From an uncultured Gammaproteobacteria bacterium (GTDB lineage: Bacteria; Pseudomonadota; Gammaproteobacteria; Pseudomonadales; JAHEGP01), in the NCBI GenBank assembly GCA_963751595.1, contig CAVVVC010000012.1:192219-256218 (forward strand): DNA of 64,000 nt, read 5' to 3'. The position numbers and the translations under genes were made by a program. Positions 9,972 through 18,961 of this stretch are shown here, piece after piece. The number at the start of each line of letters is the position of its first letter. Position 1 is the stretch's first letter. Below the pieces are notes generated by a model that was given only the letters and a program-made list of their open reading frames with translations, made no database searches and was not told where the DNA came from.

Positions 9972-11375
9972 ATGACGTTCGCTTTTGTCGGGTATTTCCT
10001 GCTGGTGATGGCGATTGGCGTCACCGCCTGGCTGAGGACGCGCAACCTTTCAGACTATATTCTCGGGGGGCGGAGCCTCGGGCCCGGCGCGGCAGCCCTC
10101 AGTGCCGGGGCCTCGGATATGAGTGGCTGGTTGCTGCTCGGCCTCCCCGGGTATGCCTATGTCGCCGGGCTTGAAGTGTTGTGGCTGGCCGCCGCGCTGT
10201 TGCTCGGTTCCTACTTCAACTGGCTGCTGGTGGCGCCGCGCCTGCGCCGCGCCAGCGCCGACCACGGTGATGCACTGACGATACCGGAGTATTTCTATCG
10301 GCGGGTCGAAGACTACCGACAGAGCTTGCGCTGGTGTTGCGCTGCGATGATCCTGGTGTTCTACCTGATCTACACCGCCTCGGGATTTGTCGCAGGTGCC
10401 AAGCTGTTTGAAACCGTATACGGCTTCGATTATCACTGGGCGCTGTTGATCGGCGGCTTTGCAATTGTCGGTTACACGTTTTTTGGCGGCTTCCTCGCGG
10501 TGGTCTGGACCGATGTCGTGCAGGGTTTGCTGATGCTGGCAGCTCTGCTGTGTGTGCCGCTGATGATCTTTGGGGGCTTCTGTGCTGCCGAACCCGGGCC
10601 TGTCGCCGGCCTCGAAACCCTGTTGCCCGCCGCAGCCGGCGGCGGCGTCGACCTGCTGGCACTGGTGTCGTCGCTGGCATGGGGACTGGGGTATTTCGGT
10701 CAACCCCATATACTCGCCCGATTTATGGCGGTGAGGGATGTGTCAGCGATCCCGGCGGGCCGCAGAATTGCCCTGCTCTGGACCGGCCTCTGCCTGCTCG
10801 GTGCGATTGCGGTGGGACTGGGGGGCGCCGCCATTATTGATCCACCCCTGGCCGACCCCGAAACCGTGTTCATGGCCCTGGTCAACACACTGTTTCACCC
10901 CCTGATGGCCGGTATTTTGTTGGCTGCAATCCTGGCCGCGATCATGAGCACCGCAGATTCGCAGTTGCTGGTTGCCTCCTCGGTACTGTCGGGAGATGCC
11001 TGCAATGCCCTCGGGCTTGCGCTCAGTCCCGGCCAGCGACTCTGGCTCGGACGCGGCTCGGTGCTGGCAATGGCGTTGGTGGCACTCTGGCTGGCATGGA
11101 ACCCGGGGGCGGCGGTGCTCGATCTGGTGGGTTATGCCTGGGCGGGCTTTGGCGCCAGTATCGGGCCGGCACTGCTGGTTTCCCTCTACCTGCCATGGGT
11201 TCGCGGCATCACCCTGCTGTCCGGTATGGTGGCTGGTGGTCTAACGGTTATGCTTTGGCGGCAGGGTGAGGGCGGTTGGTTTGAACTCTACGAAATGGTA
11301 CCTGGCATTCTCGCGTCAGTGCTGGCGATGCTGGTCGTCGGCTGGTCGACCCGGCGTTCAGCCCAGCCGGCCTAG
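9972..11375 (+). CDS. putP: sodium/proline symporter (SSS family)
   Basis: 467 aa. Near-collinear with the PutP signature blocks DYILGGRSLGPGAAALSAGASDMSGWLLLGLPG, FGGFLAVVWTDVVQG, GWGLGYFGQPHILARFMA and GYAWAGFGA. Confidence 0.8.
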   Translation: MTFAFVGYFLLVMAIGVTAWLRTRNLSDYILGGRSLGPGAAALSAGASDMSGWLLLGLPGYAYVAGLEVLWLAAALLLGSYFNWLLVAPRLRRASADHGDALTIPEYFYRRVEDYRQSLRWCCAAMILVFYLIYTASGFVAGAKLFETVYGFDYHWALLIGGFAIVGYTFFGGFLAVVWTDVVQGLLMLAALLCVPLMIFGGFCAAEPGPVAGLETLLPAAAGGGVDLLALVSSLAWGLGYFGQPHILARFMAVRDVSAIPAGRRIALLWTGLCLLGAIAVGLGGAAIIDPPLADPETVFMALVNTLFHPLMAGILLAAILAAIMSTADSQLLVASSVLSGDACNALGLALSPGQRLWLGRGSVLAMALVALWLAWNPGAAVLDLVGYAWAGFGASIGPALLVSLYLPWVRGITLLSGMVAGGLTVMLWRQGEGGWFELYEMVPGILASVLAMLVVGWSTRRSAQPA

Positions 11376-11389
11376 CGCTGGCGCCGTTA

Positions 11390-12586
11390 TCAAATACGCT
11401 CGATCGCTACCGCCAGTGCCTCGCCGCCACCGATGCAAAGCGACGCTACCCCGCGTCGCCCCCCATGCTGCTTCAGCGCGTACATCAGCGAAACGATAAT
11501 GCGCGAGCCCGTGGAGCCGATGGGATGACCTTGGGCGCAGGCGCCACCGTGAATGTTGACCCTGGCGGGGTCCAGCCCCAGATCCTCGATGGCCAACAGG
11601 GTTACCATGGCGAAAGCTTCGTTGATCTCGAACAGGTCAACATCGTCGATACTCCAGCCGGCCCGCTCCAATACCCGGGTTATGGCTGTCACCGGTGCTG
11701 TAGTGAACAGTGAAGGCTCCTGGGAGTGTCGGGCATGGGCGACGATTTTGGCCATGGGCTGCAGCCCGCGCCGGGTCGCCTCAGCGGCACTCATCAGCAG
11801 CAGGGCAGAGGCACCATCGGAAATAGAACTGGCATTGGCCGCGGTGATGGTGCCGTCTTTTTTGAAGGCGGGCCGCAGCAGGGGAATCTTTTCGAGCTTG
11901 GCTTTAAGGGGTTGCTCGTCATCGCTCACCACGCTCTCGCCACTTTTATGGTTGATCGTAACTACCGCTGTTTCCCCTTTCAACAGGCCTTTTTCGATGG
12001 CCTGTTTCGCGCGTCGAAGGGATTCCACGGCGAAGGCGTCCATCTGTTCCCGGGTCATGCTGCGCTGGTCTGCGGTCGCCTGGGCGAAGCTGCCCATCGC
12101 GCGACCGCTGTAGGCGTCTTCCAGACCGTCGATAAACATGTGGTCGTAGACCTGCTTGTGACCGGTGCCAATGCCGGAGCGGGCTCCGGGGAGCATATGA
12201 GGGGCGTTGGACATGCTTTCCATGCCGCCGGCAATGATCACCTGGCCCGGATCCGCAACAATCTGGTTGCTTGCGCTGATCACGGCCTGCATGCCGGAAC
12301 CACAAACCTTGTTGAGGGTCACGCAACCGGTACTAATGGGTAACCCCGCGCCCAGCGCTGCCTGCCTCGCCGGGGCCTGCTTCAGCCCGGCCGGCAGCAC
12401 GCAGCCCATGAACACTTCATGGACATCGGCGGCGTCAACCTGGCTGCGCCTGAGAGTCTCGGCAATGGCTGCACTACCCAGTTCGGTTGCGCTCAGTGTG
12501 CTCAGGCTGCCCATGAGTCCGCCCATCGGGGTTCGGGCACCGTCGACGATGACGACGCCAGGGTTATCTGATACGGGCAGGGACAT
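11390..12586 (-). CDS. acetyl-CoA C-acetyltransferase / thiolase
   Basis: 398 aa with GGAGGA upstream. Thiolase motifs NKVCGSGMQAV (active Cys), NIHGGACAQGHPIGSTGSR and CIGGGEALAV. Confidence 0.9.
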   Translation of the reverse strand: MSLPVSDNPGVVIVDGARTPMGGLMGSLSTLSATELGSAAIAETLRRSQVDAADVHEVFMGCVLPAGLKQAPARQAALGAGLPISTGCVTLNKVCGSGMQAVISASNQIVADPGQVIIAGGMESMSNAPHMLPGARSGIGTGHKQVYDHMFIDGLEDAYSGRAMGSFAQATADQRSMTREQMDAFAVESLRRAKQAIEKGLLKGETAVVTINHKSGESVVSDDEQPLKAKLEKIPLLRPAFKKDGTITAANASSISDGASALLLMSAAEATRRGLQPMAKIVAHARHSQEPSLFTTAPVTAITRVLERAGWSIDDVDLFEINEAFAMVTLLAIEDLGLDPARVNIHGGACAQGHPIGSTGSRIIVSLMYALKQHGGRRGVASLCIGGGEALAVAIERI

Positions 12587-12650
12587 ACGCGAATCCTCCG
12601 AAAAAAAGACGCAATTTTAGCCCGAATGGGGCAGCAACACACCCCAAACT

Positions 12651-13637
12651 TCAGCCGGGCTTGAACAGCTTACCGCGAACAGACTTGCGGTAGTCCGAGG
12701 GGGATTGCGCCATAACGCGCCGAAAGCGGGTCGCAAAATGGGCGGCGTCCGGGTAACCCACGCGATAACCGATTTCGGCAATGGCCAGGTTGCTGTCGCG
12801 CAGCAGTTCCCTCGCCTGTTGCAGCCGCACCTGCTGCAGGTATTCTCCGGGGCTCACGCCCAGGGCCTGTTTAAAGCGACGGTTGAAACTGCGCTGGCTC
12901 ATGCCGAGCCGCTGCGCAAGACCGGCGAAGTCGATGGCCTGGCTGAACTGTTGTTGCAGAAACTGCTCGGCATCCGCAATCGCCTCATCATGATGCAGGT
13001 TGACTTCACCCTCGAAAAAACCCGTATCGCGGAATGGTCGGCGTATCTCGGGTGAGAATTGAGCCTCGACCTGGCGGGCGATGTCGGCGTTGTAGAACTG
13101 CTCGATAAAATAACCGGTAAGATCCGCCACTGCGTTGATACTGCCGGCGCAGTAGAGGTTACCGGCTCGGGTAATCAAATGGCGCTGCTTGACCTGCACC
13201 GCCGGATAGCGGCGCCTGAATCGGGTACTGAAAAACCAGTGAGTGGTGGCTGGCTTGGCGTCCAGCAGTCCGGCTTCCGCCAGCAGATAGGAGCCTGTGC
13301 CAACCGCGCACAGCAGGCGATCGGCAGCGGCGAGCTGTTGCAACATGGGCAGTGCTTGGAGCTGCCTGGATAGAATCGGTAGGGGATTGCGCCAGATCGC
13401 CGGCAGGTAGAGCAGGTCGACACCGTTTAACTGGCCGAAGCGATGGGTAGGTCGCAATTGCATGCCTACGCCCGCAGCAATGTTCGTGCCCGCCAGGCTC
13501 ACCATACGGATTTCCAGTTCCTTGCCGGCCAGTCGCTGCCCCCGCGCGCGCTCGTCGGCAGCCCGCAACATTTCGGCCGGCAGGGTGATACTGCTGAGTA
13601 CGAGCTGTGGATACAGCAAGAAACCGACGGTGACCAT
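12651..13637 (-). CDS. GlxA-family transcriptional regulator (DJ-1/PfpI-like domain + AraC-type HTH)
   Basis: ORF reaches 13736 (GTG). ATG 13637 gives the family-typical start MVTVGFLLYPQLVLSSITLPAEML. The C-terminal AraC HTH reads LAQRLGMSQRSFNRRFKQALGVSPGEYLQQVRLQQARELL ... GYPDAAHFATRFRR. Confidence 0.8.
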   Translation of the reverse strand: MVTVGFLLYPQLVLSSITLPAEMLRAADERARGQRLAGKELEIRMVSLAGTNIAAGVGMQLRPTHRFGQLNGVDLLYLPAIWRNPLPILSRQLQALPMLQQLAAADRLLCAVGTGSYLLAEAGLLDAKPATTHWFFSTRFRRRYPAVQVKQRHLITRAGNLYCAGSINAVADLTGYFIEQFYNADIARQVEAQFSPEIRRPFRDTGFFEGEVNLHHDEAIADAEQFLQQQFSQAIDFAGLAQRLGMSQRSFNRRFKQALGVSPGEYLQQVRLQQARELLRDSNLAIAEIGYRVGYPDAAHFATRFRRVMAQSPSDYRKSVRGKLFKPG

Positions 13638-13785
13638 ATCAATCTGCAAAGTGGCTAGAAGATTAAATATAGTGACTATATCAGTAAAGTTACCGGGAGG
13701 CGTAGCTTCTACACTGCCAGGCTGATGCAGTGCCACCTCCCCGGGGCGGCAGCGCGCTTATTCATTTTTTTCAGGGCAGGGCACC

Positions 13786-15645
13786 ATGGCAAGAATTCCC
13801 GTGATTACAGGATTCGGCGGCGTCAACGCGGCTGGTCGCAGTTCGGGGCATCAAAGCTACCGGCGCACGGTCATCGATGCCCTCGACGCTGACACCGCCC
13901 ACCAAACCTGGCGCAGCCTGGGTGGTCTCATGAAACGGGAGGTTGCCCTCGATACTGACGAGCAGCGCTATCGGGCTGATCACACCTTGATAAGGCGGCT
14001 TGAGGGCCGTTACTTCGACCCGGATTCGGTGGCCTGGAACAGGCGGGTCAAACTGGAACCCGGTGACGGGCTGGCCAGCTTTACCATGGCCCGGCGCAAT
14101 CTGCCCGAGGTGTTGCCCCAGGGCTGGTCCGTGCGCGAAATCGATCGATTCAGGGTGCAGATCGATGTGACCAGCGCCACTGAATTCTACCTGGCAGACC
14201 GCCAGTCCCTGGGAGTGAGTGCGGCCGGCCAGTTGCCCACCGGTTTTGATCCCGGTGAACTGTACCCCAGCCGCAACCATCCCCGGGGCTTGCAGTTGTC
14301 GATTTACGCCGCCAGTGATGCCCTGGGACAAATGGGGCTGGACTGGGACAGCGTCAGCAACCGCATTCCCGCCGATCAAATCAGCGTTTATGCCGGCAGC
14401 GCCATGAGTCAGCTCGACGAGAACAGCAACGGCGGTTTGATCGCGTCACGTTACCGGGGCAAGCGGGTCTCCTCCAAACAGCTAGCCCTGGGGCTTGCCG
14501 ACATGCCCGCAGACTTTGTCAATGCCTACGTTCTGGGTAACCTCGGCGCCACCGGTCTGAACATGGGCGCCTGCGCCACCTATCTGTACAACATGAACCA
14601 GGCGGTCAGCGACATTCGCGAGGGGCGTGCCCGGATTGCGTTTATCGGGGCCTCCGAGGCACCATTGGTGCCGGAGATTTTTGACGGCTACGCAACCATG
14701 CGCGCGCTGGCTTCCGATCAGTGCCTGCTGGAACTGGACAGGCACCTGGGTTTGACTGAACCTGACTGGCTGCGCGCCTGTCGACCATTCGCTGAAAATT
14801 GCGGTTTCACCCTGGCCGAGGGCGCCCAGTTTGCCGTGCTGATGGATGATGAACTGGCGCTGGAGTTGGGGGCGAATATCTACGGTTCGGTGGCCGGGGT
14901 CTTCGTCAATGCCGACGGCTACAAGAAATCGATTTCGGCACCGGGTATCGGTAACTACCTCACCTTTGCCCGGGCGGTTGCGTTGGCCCGCAGTGTGGTC
15001 GGAGAGGAGGCCATTCGCAACAACAGCTTCGTCCAGGCGCATGGTACCGGGACCCCGGCGAACCGGCGCACGGAATCCCATATTTTTAATCAGACGGCGC
15101 GGGCCTTCGGCATCGAAAAGTGGCCCGTCGCGGCGATAAAGTGTTACCTCGGCCACACCATGGCGGTTTCCGCGGGCGACCAACTGGCCAGTACTATTGG
15201 TGTTTTTGAGCACGGTATCATTCCTGGTATCGCCACCATCGATAGCATCGCGGAGGATGTCTCGGGCTCCAATTTGTGCTTCTCTCCTGGTCATCGGCGC
15301 TATGAGGCCGAGCAGTTGCAGGTGGCATTTCTCAACGCCAAGGGGTTTGGCGGCAATAACGCTACCGCCGCGGTCCTGGCGCCCCATATCACCCGGCAAT
15401 TGTTGCGGAACAAGCATGGCGAAAAAAACCTGCAGGGCTGGCGCCAACGACTCGGGAAAACCCGGCAAGCTGCGGCCGACTACGACGAGGCGGCTTCTCG
15501 CGGAACGGCAAAGGTGGTTTACCGCTTCGACAACGACGTGCGCGATCGGCAACACGTGCATATCGACGCCCACAGCCTGCGGATAGATGGTTACCCGGAG
15601 GCCATCTCCCTGGACCTGGAGAACCCCTTCGGCGTCGAGCTCTGA
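13786..15645 (+). CDS. fabY: long (619 aa) KAS I/II-type beta-ketoacyl synthase, FabY-like initiating condensing enzyme
   Basis: N-terminus MARIPVITGFGGVNAAGRSS and the overall length resemble Pseudomonas FabY as I remember it. Cys-His-His ketosynthase contexts are GACATYLYN, AHGTGTPANRRTE and KCYLGHTMAVSAG, followed by NAKGFGGNNA. Confidence 0.7.
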   Translation: MARIPVITGFGGVNAAGRSSGHQSYRRTVIDALDADTAHQTWRSLGGLMKREVALDTDEQRYRADHTLIRRLEGRYFDPDSVAWNRRVKLEPGDGLASFTMARRNLPEVLPQGWSVREIDRFRVQIDVTSATEFYLADRQSLGVSAAGQLPTGFDPGELYPSRNHPRGLQLSIYAASDALGQMGLDWDSVSNRIPADQISVYAGSAMSQLDENSNGGLIASRYRGKRVSSKQLALGLADMPADFVNAYVLGNLGATGLNMGACATYLYNMNQAVSDIREGRARIAFIGASEAPLVPEIFDGYATMRALASDQCLLELDRHLGLTEPDWLRACRPFAENCGFTLAEGAQFAVLMDDELALELGANIYGSVAGVFVNADGYKKSISAPGIGNYLTFARAVALARSVVGEEAIRNNSFVQAHGTGTPANRRTESHIFNQTARAFGIEKWPVAAIKCYLGHTMAVSAGDQLASTIGVFEHGIIPGIATIDSIAEDVSGSNLCFSPGHRRYEAEQLQVAFLNAKGFGGNNATAAVLAPHITRQLLRNKHGEKNLQGWRQRLGKTRQAAADYDEAASRGTAKVVYRFDNDVRDRQHVHIDAHSLRIDGYPEAISLDLENPFGVEL

Positions 15646-15797
15646 GGCCGCCTTGCGGCGCTTGCCCGGGCGCGAACAAATCGAGCAAGGTTTGGCCCTG
15701 GTCGCCACGGCTGCGCGCCAGGTTGCGTGATGTTATCCTTGGCGCTCTACTGCGTCACGAGCCATAAACGCTTCCAACAATACACAGCGAGTCGACC

Positions 15798-16355
15798 ATG
15801 AAGTCATTACTGCTGGCCAAGATAGGCCTGGTTCTTTTCATTTTACTGCTTTCCCTCGTAGTGCTGGCCTGGGTGCCAATGCCGGGTCAGTCGCAGACGC
15901 GGGCCAGCGTGTCGCTAATGCTCCAACAGGCCCCGGAGCGCGTGTGGCAGTTGATTAGTGAACTGGACCAGGCGGCCAACTATCTGCCCGATGTCGAGCG
16001 GGTCGAAATGCTCAATGCGGCCAATGGGGGCGAGGGGGCCACTCGTCGTCTGTACCTGTCCGGCGGTGAGCAGGTGGATGAAACCGTTACTGAATGGCGC
16101 GAGGGAACGGATATCGTACTGAATATCCAGCGTCAGCAGAAACCGCCGTTTCCCTATGCCGACCTGCGTTTCGAGTACAACCTCAAGGGTCTTTCCGCGG
16201 ATGCCACAGCGGTGCACCTGAGCCTTGTGTATGAACCCCGCTACGGGCTGCTCGGTCAGGTATTGGATGGCGTGTTACTTGAGCGGCGGGCCGAGAAGCA
16301 ATTGATGGAGATAGCGTCGGCCCTGAAGCAATACAGTGACGACAGTGGTAGCTAG
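15798..16355 (+). CDS. SRPBCC (polyketide cyclase/START-like) family protein with N-terminal membrane anchor
   Basis: 185 aa. Anchor LLLAKIGLVLFILLLSLVVLAW, then an SRPBCC-like pattern PERVWQLISELDQAANYLPDVERVEML ... ETVTEW ... and a C-terminal helix. Confidence 0.6.
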   Translation: MKSLLLAKIGLVLFILLLSLVVLAWVPMPGQSQTRASVSLMLQQAPERVWQLISELDQAANYLPDVERVEMLNAANGGEGATRRLYLSGGEQVDETVTEWREGTDIVLNIQRQQKPPFPYADLRFEYNLKGLSADATAVHLSLVYEPRYGLLGQVLDGVLLERRAEKQLMEIASALKQYSDDSGS

Positions 16356-16381
16356 TTGCTGCGAACAATGAGGATAGTGAC

Positions 16382-16945
16382 ATGGTCATGAGTGCAATGG
16401 AGGCGCTGCTAGGCAGGAACTCCGCGACCCACCTGGGCGACCCGGCCCCCTGGGGTGAAGAGCTGAATACAATGTTGCAGGCGGGCCTTCGGGCCCCGGA
16501 TCATGCCCGGCTCAAGCCCTGGCGCTTCCTGGTAGTAGAGGGGCAGGGCAGGGTGGCGCTGGGAGATGTCTTTGCCCAGGTCGCGCTGGCGGACAATCCC
16601 ACGATGGATGCGGCAGCCCTCGATAAGCTGCGCAGCAAACCGCTGCGGGCGCCCCTGATCGTAATCGTCGTGGCGCGCCTGCAGGAACACCCCAAAGTGC
16701 CTGAGGTGGAGCAATTGCTGTCCGCCGGGTGCGCTGCCCATGGTATTCTGCTGGCGGCGCATGCGCGGGGTTTTGCCGGCATCTGGCGCACCGGTTCGAT
16801 GGCTTTTCACCCCGGGGTTTACCGTTCGCTGGGCTTGAAGCCGAACGAAAAAATTGTCGGGTTTTTGTACCTGGGCACCCGCGAAGGTGCGCCCCGGGTA
16901 CCACCCCGCTACGATGTCTGCGATTTTGTGGAGTATTGGGGTTGA
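16382..16945 (+). CDS. NAD(P)H nitroreductase family protein (YdjA-like)
   Basis: 187 aa. RNSATHLGDPAP ... LQAGLRAPDHARLKPWRFLVV ... GCAAHGILLAAHARGFAGIWRTG ... GFLYLGT. Confidence 0.85.
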   Translation: MVMSAMEALLGRNSATHLGDPAPWGEELNTMLQAGLRAPDHARLKPWRFLVVEGQGRVALGDVFAQVALADNPTMDAAALDKLRSKPLRAPLIVIVVARLQEHPKVPEVEQLLSAGCAAHGILLAAHARGFAGIWRTGSMAFHPGVYRSLGLKPNEKIVGFLYLGTREGAPRVPPRYDVCDFVEYWG

Positions 16946-17001
16946 ACCCGGACTTGACCGCCTGAACCTGCACACTGACTGCAATCTGGAGCGCCTTCTT
17001 T

Positions 17002-17817
17002 ATGTCACTACCCATGTTTGAAACCCTGTTGCTAGAAGTCGAAAACCATGTCGCTACGGTGTGGCTGAATCGCCCGGACAAGGCCAATGCCATGAACAAG
17101 CCGATGTGGGGCGAGTTGCAAAGCTGCTTCGAGTGGCTCGATGCGGAGCCCGGGGTGCGAGTGGTGATTCTGGCGGCAAAGGGGAAGTATTTTTGCGCGG
17201 GCATCGACCTTGCGATGTTAGCCGGCCTGGCGCCGGAGCCGGGGGCCGATCCCGCCCGCCAGGCAGAGAAATTTCGTCTGGTGATCAAGCGTCTGCAGGC
17301 AAACCTGAGCGCCATCGAGCGTTGCCGTAAACCGGTGCTGGCGGCGGTGCATGGCCTGTGTTACGGCGGCGGCGTTGATATTATCGCCTGCTGCGACATG
17401 CGTTACGCCAGTGAGCAGGCGGTGTTCTCCATCAAGGAGATCGATGTCGGTATGACCGCCGATGTGGGTTCACTCCAGCGCTTGCCCCATGTCGTGCCCC
17501 CGGGCATCGTGCGCGAGCTGGCTTATACCGGACGCCAGGTTGACGCCGCCGAGAGCTACGAGATCGGCCTGGTGAATCGGGTGTATGCGGATTCGGAAAC
17601 GCTGATGACCGGTGTGCGAAAAGTGGCTGCGGATATCGCGGCGCGCTCACCAATTTCGATTCGCGGTATCAAGGCGACCCTGCTTTATGCCCGGGATCAT
17701 TCCGTTGACGATGGGCTCGATTACATCGCCACCTGGAACGCCGCCATGATGAGTCAGCGCGACGTGATGGCGGCGGTCTCCGCCAGCGCTGATGATCCCG
17801 CGGAGTTCGAAAACTAG
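17002..17817 (+). CDS. enoyl-CoA hydratase/isomerase (crotonase) family protein
   Basis: 271 aa. VATVWLNRPDKANAM, KYFCAGIDL and HGLCYGGGVDIIACCDMRYAS form the oxyanion-hole pattern. Confidence 0.9.
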   Translation: MSLPMFETLLLEVENHVATVWLNRPDKANAMNKPMWGELQSCFEWLDAEPGVRVVILAAKGKYFCAGIDLAMLAGLAPEPGADPARQAEKFRLVIKRLQANLSAIERCRKPVLAAVHGLCYGGGVDIIACCDMRYASEQAVFSIKEIDVGMTADVGSLQRLPHVVPPGIVRELAYTGRQVDAAESYEIGLVNRVYADSETLMTGVRKVAADIAARSPISIRGIKATLLYARDHSVDDGLDYIATWNAAMMSQRDVMAAVSASADDPAEFEN

Positions 17818-18300
17818 CGCTCATCCTCGCCGCCGGATCACTTCTGGCTGCCCGATAAGGGCAGGTCGAGACCGCCTGCCGGGATGCACCAGCCTGATGG
17901 ATGCTTCCCGGGCCACCGCCGCTACACACGCCCCCTTCCAAGCCGGTTCACGCACCAGCGTCATCCCTGTGGTGTTATCACGTCCCCTGGCTTTTTCGTT
18001 TTCACCGATGGGCTGTGGATGTTGCACCACCACAAACTCCCACCAGGTCCGGTTACACAGGGATAGCGTCGCCACCAGGCGCGGACGCTCTACTCTTCTG
18101 GTCTCCCGCTGACCTCGTGGGGGCTTACCCGGCCATCGATGTTTCCTCGATTCCATGTTGCTGTGACCAGCCTCACAAAGCCGATCAGTGGTATTTCTGC
18201 TTTGGCGGGGCGTGGGCTATTTTTTAGCCAAGACAGACGATAACACCGCCCCTGGTTGGCTGAATCGTTTACAGCAAGGTAACAACAACGAGGAAATCCA

Positions 18301-18855
18301 ATGAAAAGAGCACTACTGACCAGCGTGGCGGCAGCGGCACTGGCGGGTTCGCAGATCGGCTTTGCAGCCTGCACCATGTCGGCGGGTGGGCCCAACGCCA
18401 CCTCGGCGTCCTGTGACTCTACGGTCACCCTCAAGCTTGATGAAATGGTGGTATTGAAGGGGCTGGACGACTATGACTTCAGCGATCCCGGTGCGGCCGG
18501 CTGGGACGGTACCGAAGCGGGCTCGGCGGCGATTCCGGGCAACTTCTGTGTGGGTACCAACAACAGCACCGGTAGTGTCAGTTTGAGCGTTTCCTCTACC
18601 AATGATTTTGAGGTGCAACGCGCTGATGGAACTGGCGTCAGCTATAACGCCTACCTCGCTGGCAGCACCACGCCATTGAACAACGCTTCGGGTACCAGCC
18701 TGGACCCTCTCAGCAGCACTCTTGTGGGCGATTTGGCCTGCGCTGACGAGGCTATCGCCCTTAATGTGGAGTTTACGGGGGCCGCATTGATCGCTGCTCA
18801 GGTTGGTACTGAGGCGTATACCGATACCATAACGGTTACCGTAGCGCCCAACTAA
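18301..18855 (+). CDS. secreted protein with fimbrial-subunit-like (SCPU/Csu- or DUF4402-like) C-terminus
   Basis: 184 aa with GAGGAAA upstream. Signal peptide MKRALLTSVAAAALAGSQIGFA/AC. Ser/Thr/Gly-rich beta-type composition, internal NFCVGTNNSTGS, and the ending GTEAYTDTITVTVAPN. Confidence 0.55.
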   Translation: MKRALLTSVAAAALAGSQIGFAACTMSAGGPNATSASCDSTVTLKLDEMVVLKGLDDYDFSDPGAAGWDGTEAGSAAIPGNFCVGTNNSTGSVSLSVSSTNDFEVQRADGTGVSYNAYLAGSTTPLNNASGTSLDPLSSTLVGDLACADEAIALNVEFTGAALIAAQVGTEAYTDTITVTVAPN

Positions 18856-18961
18856 AACCGGCGATGCAGCAAGCAAGGGGGGCCATGGCTCCCCTTTTTG
18901 CGTCCCGAGGCGCAGATCCGGTGGAACGGGGAAGACCAGCCATCGTCAGGATACCAGGGGA

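Noticed and set aside
14482-15708. 408-aa ORF antisense to the FabY-like gene
   Set aside because: The plus-strand ketosynthase motifs (Cys-His-His contexts) explain the region. The antisense product has no recognisable features.
18030-18060. CAGGTCCGG word resembling the SRP (4.5S) RNA conserved region
   Set aside because: The flanking GGAAGGAAGCAGC core and the closing helix of SRP RNA are absent.
17821-18156. 111-aa minus-strand ORF in the 483-bp gap
   Set aside because: Arg/Pro/Gly-rich, no SD and no family resemblance. A stretch (WWEFVVVQHP) briefly suggested a transposase relic, but I could not support it.
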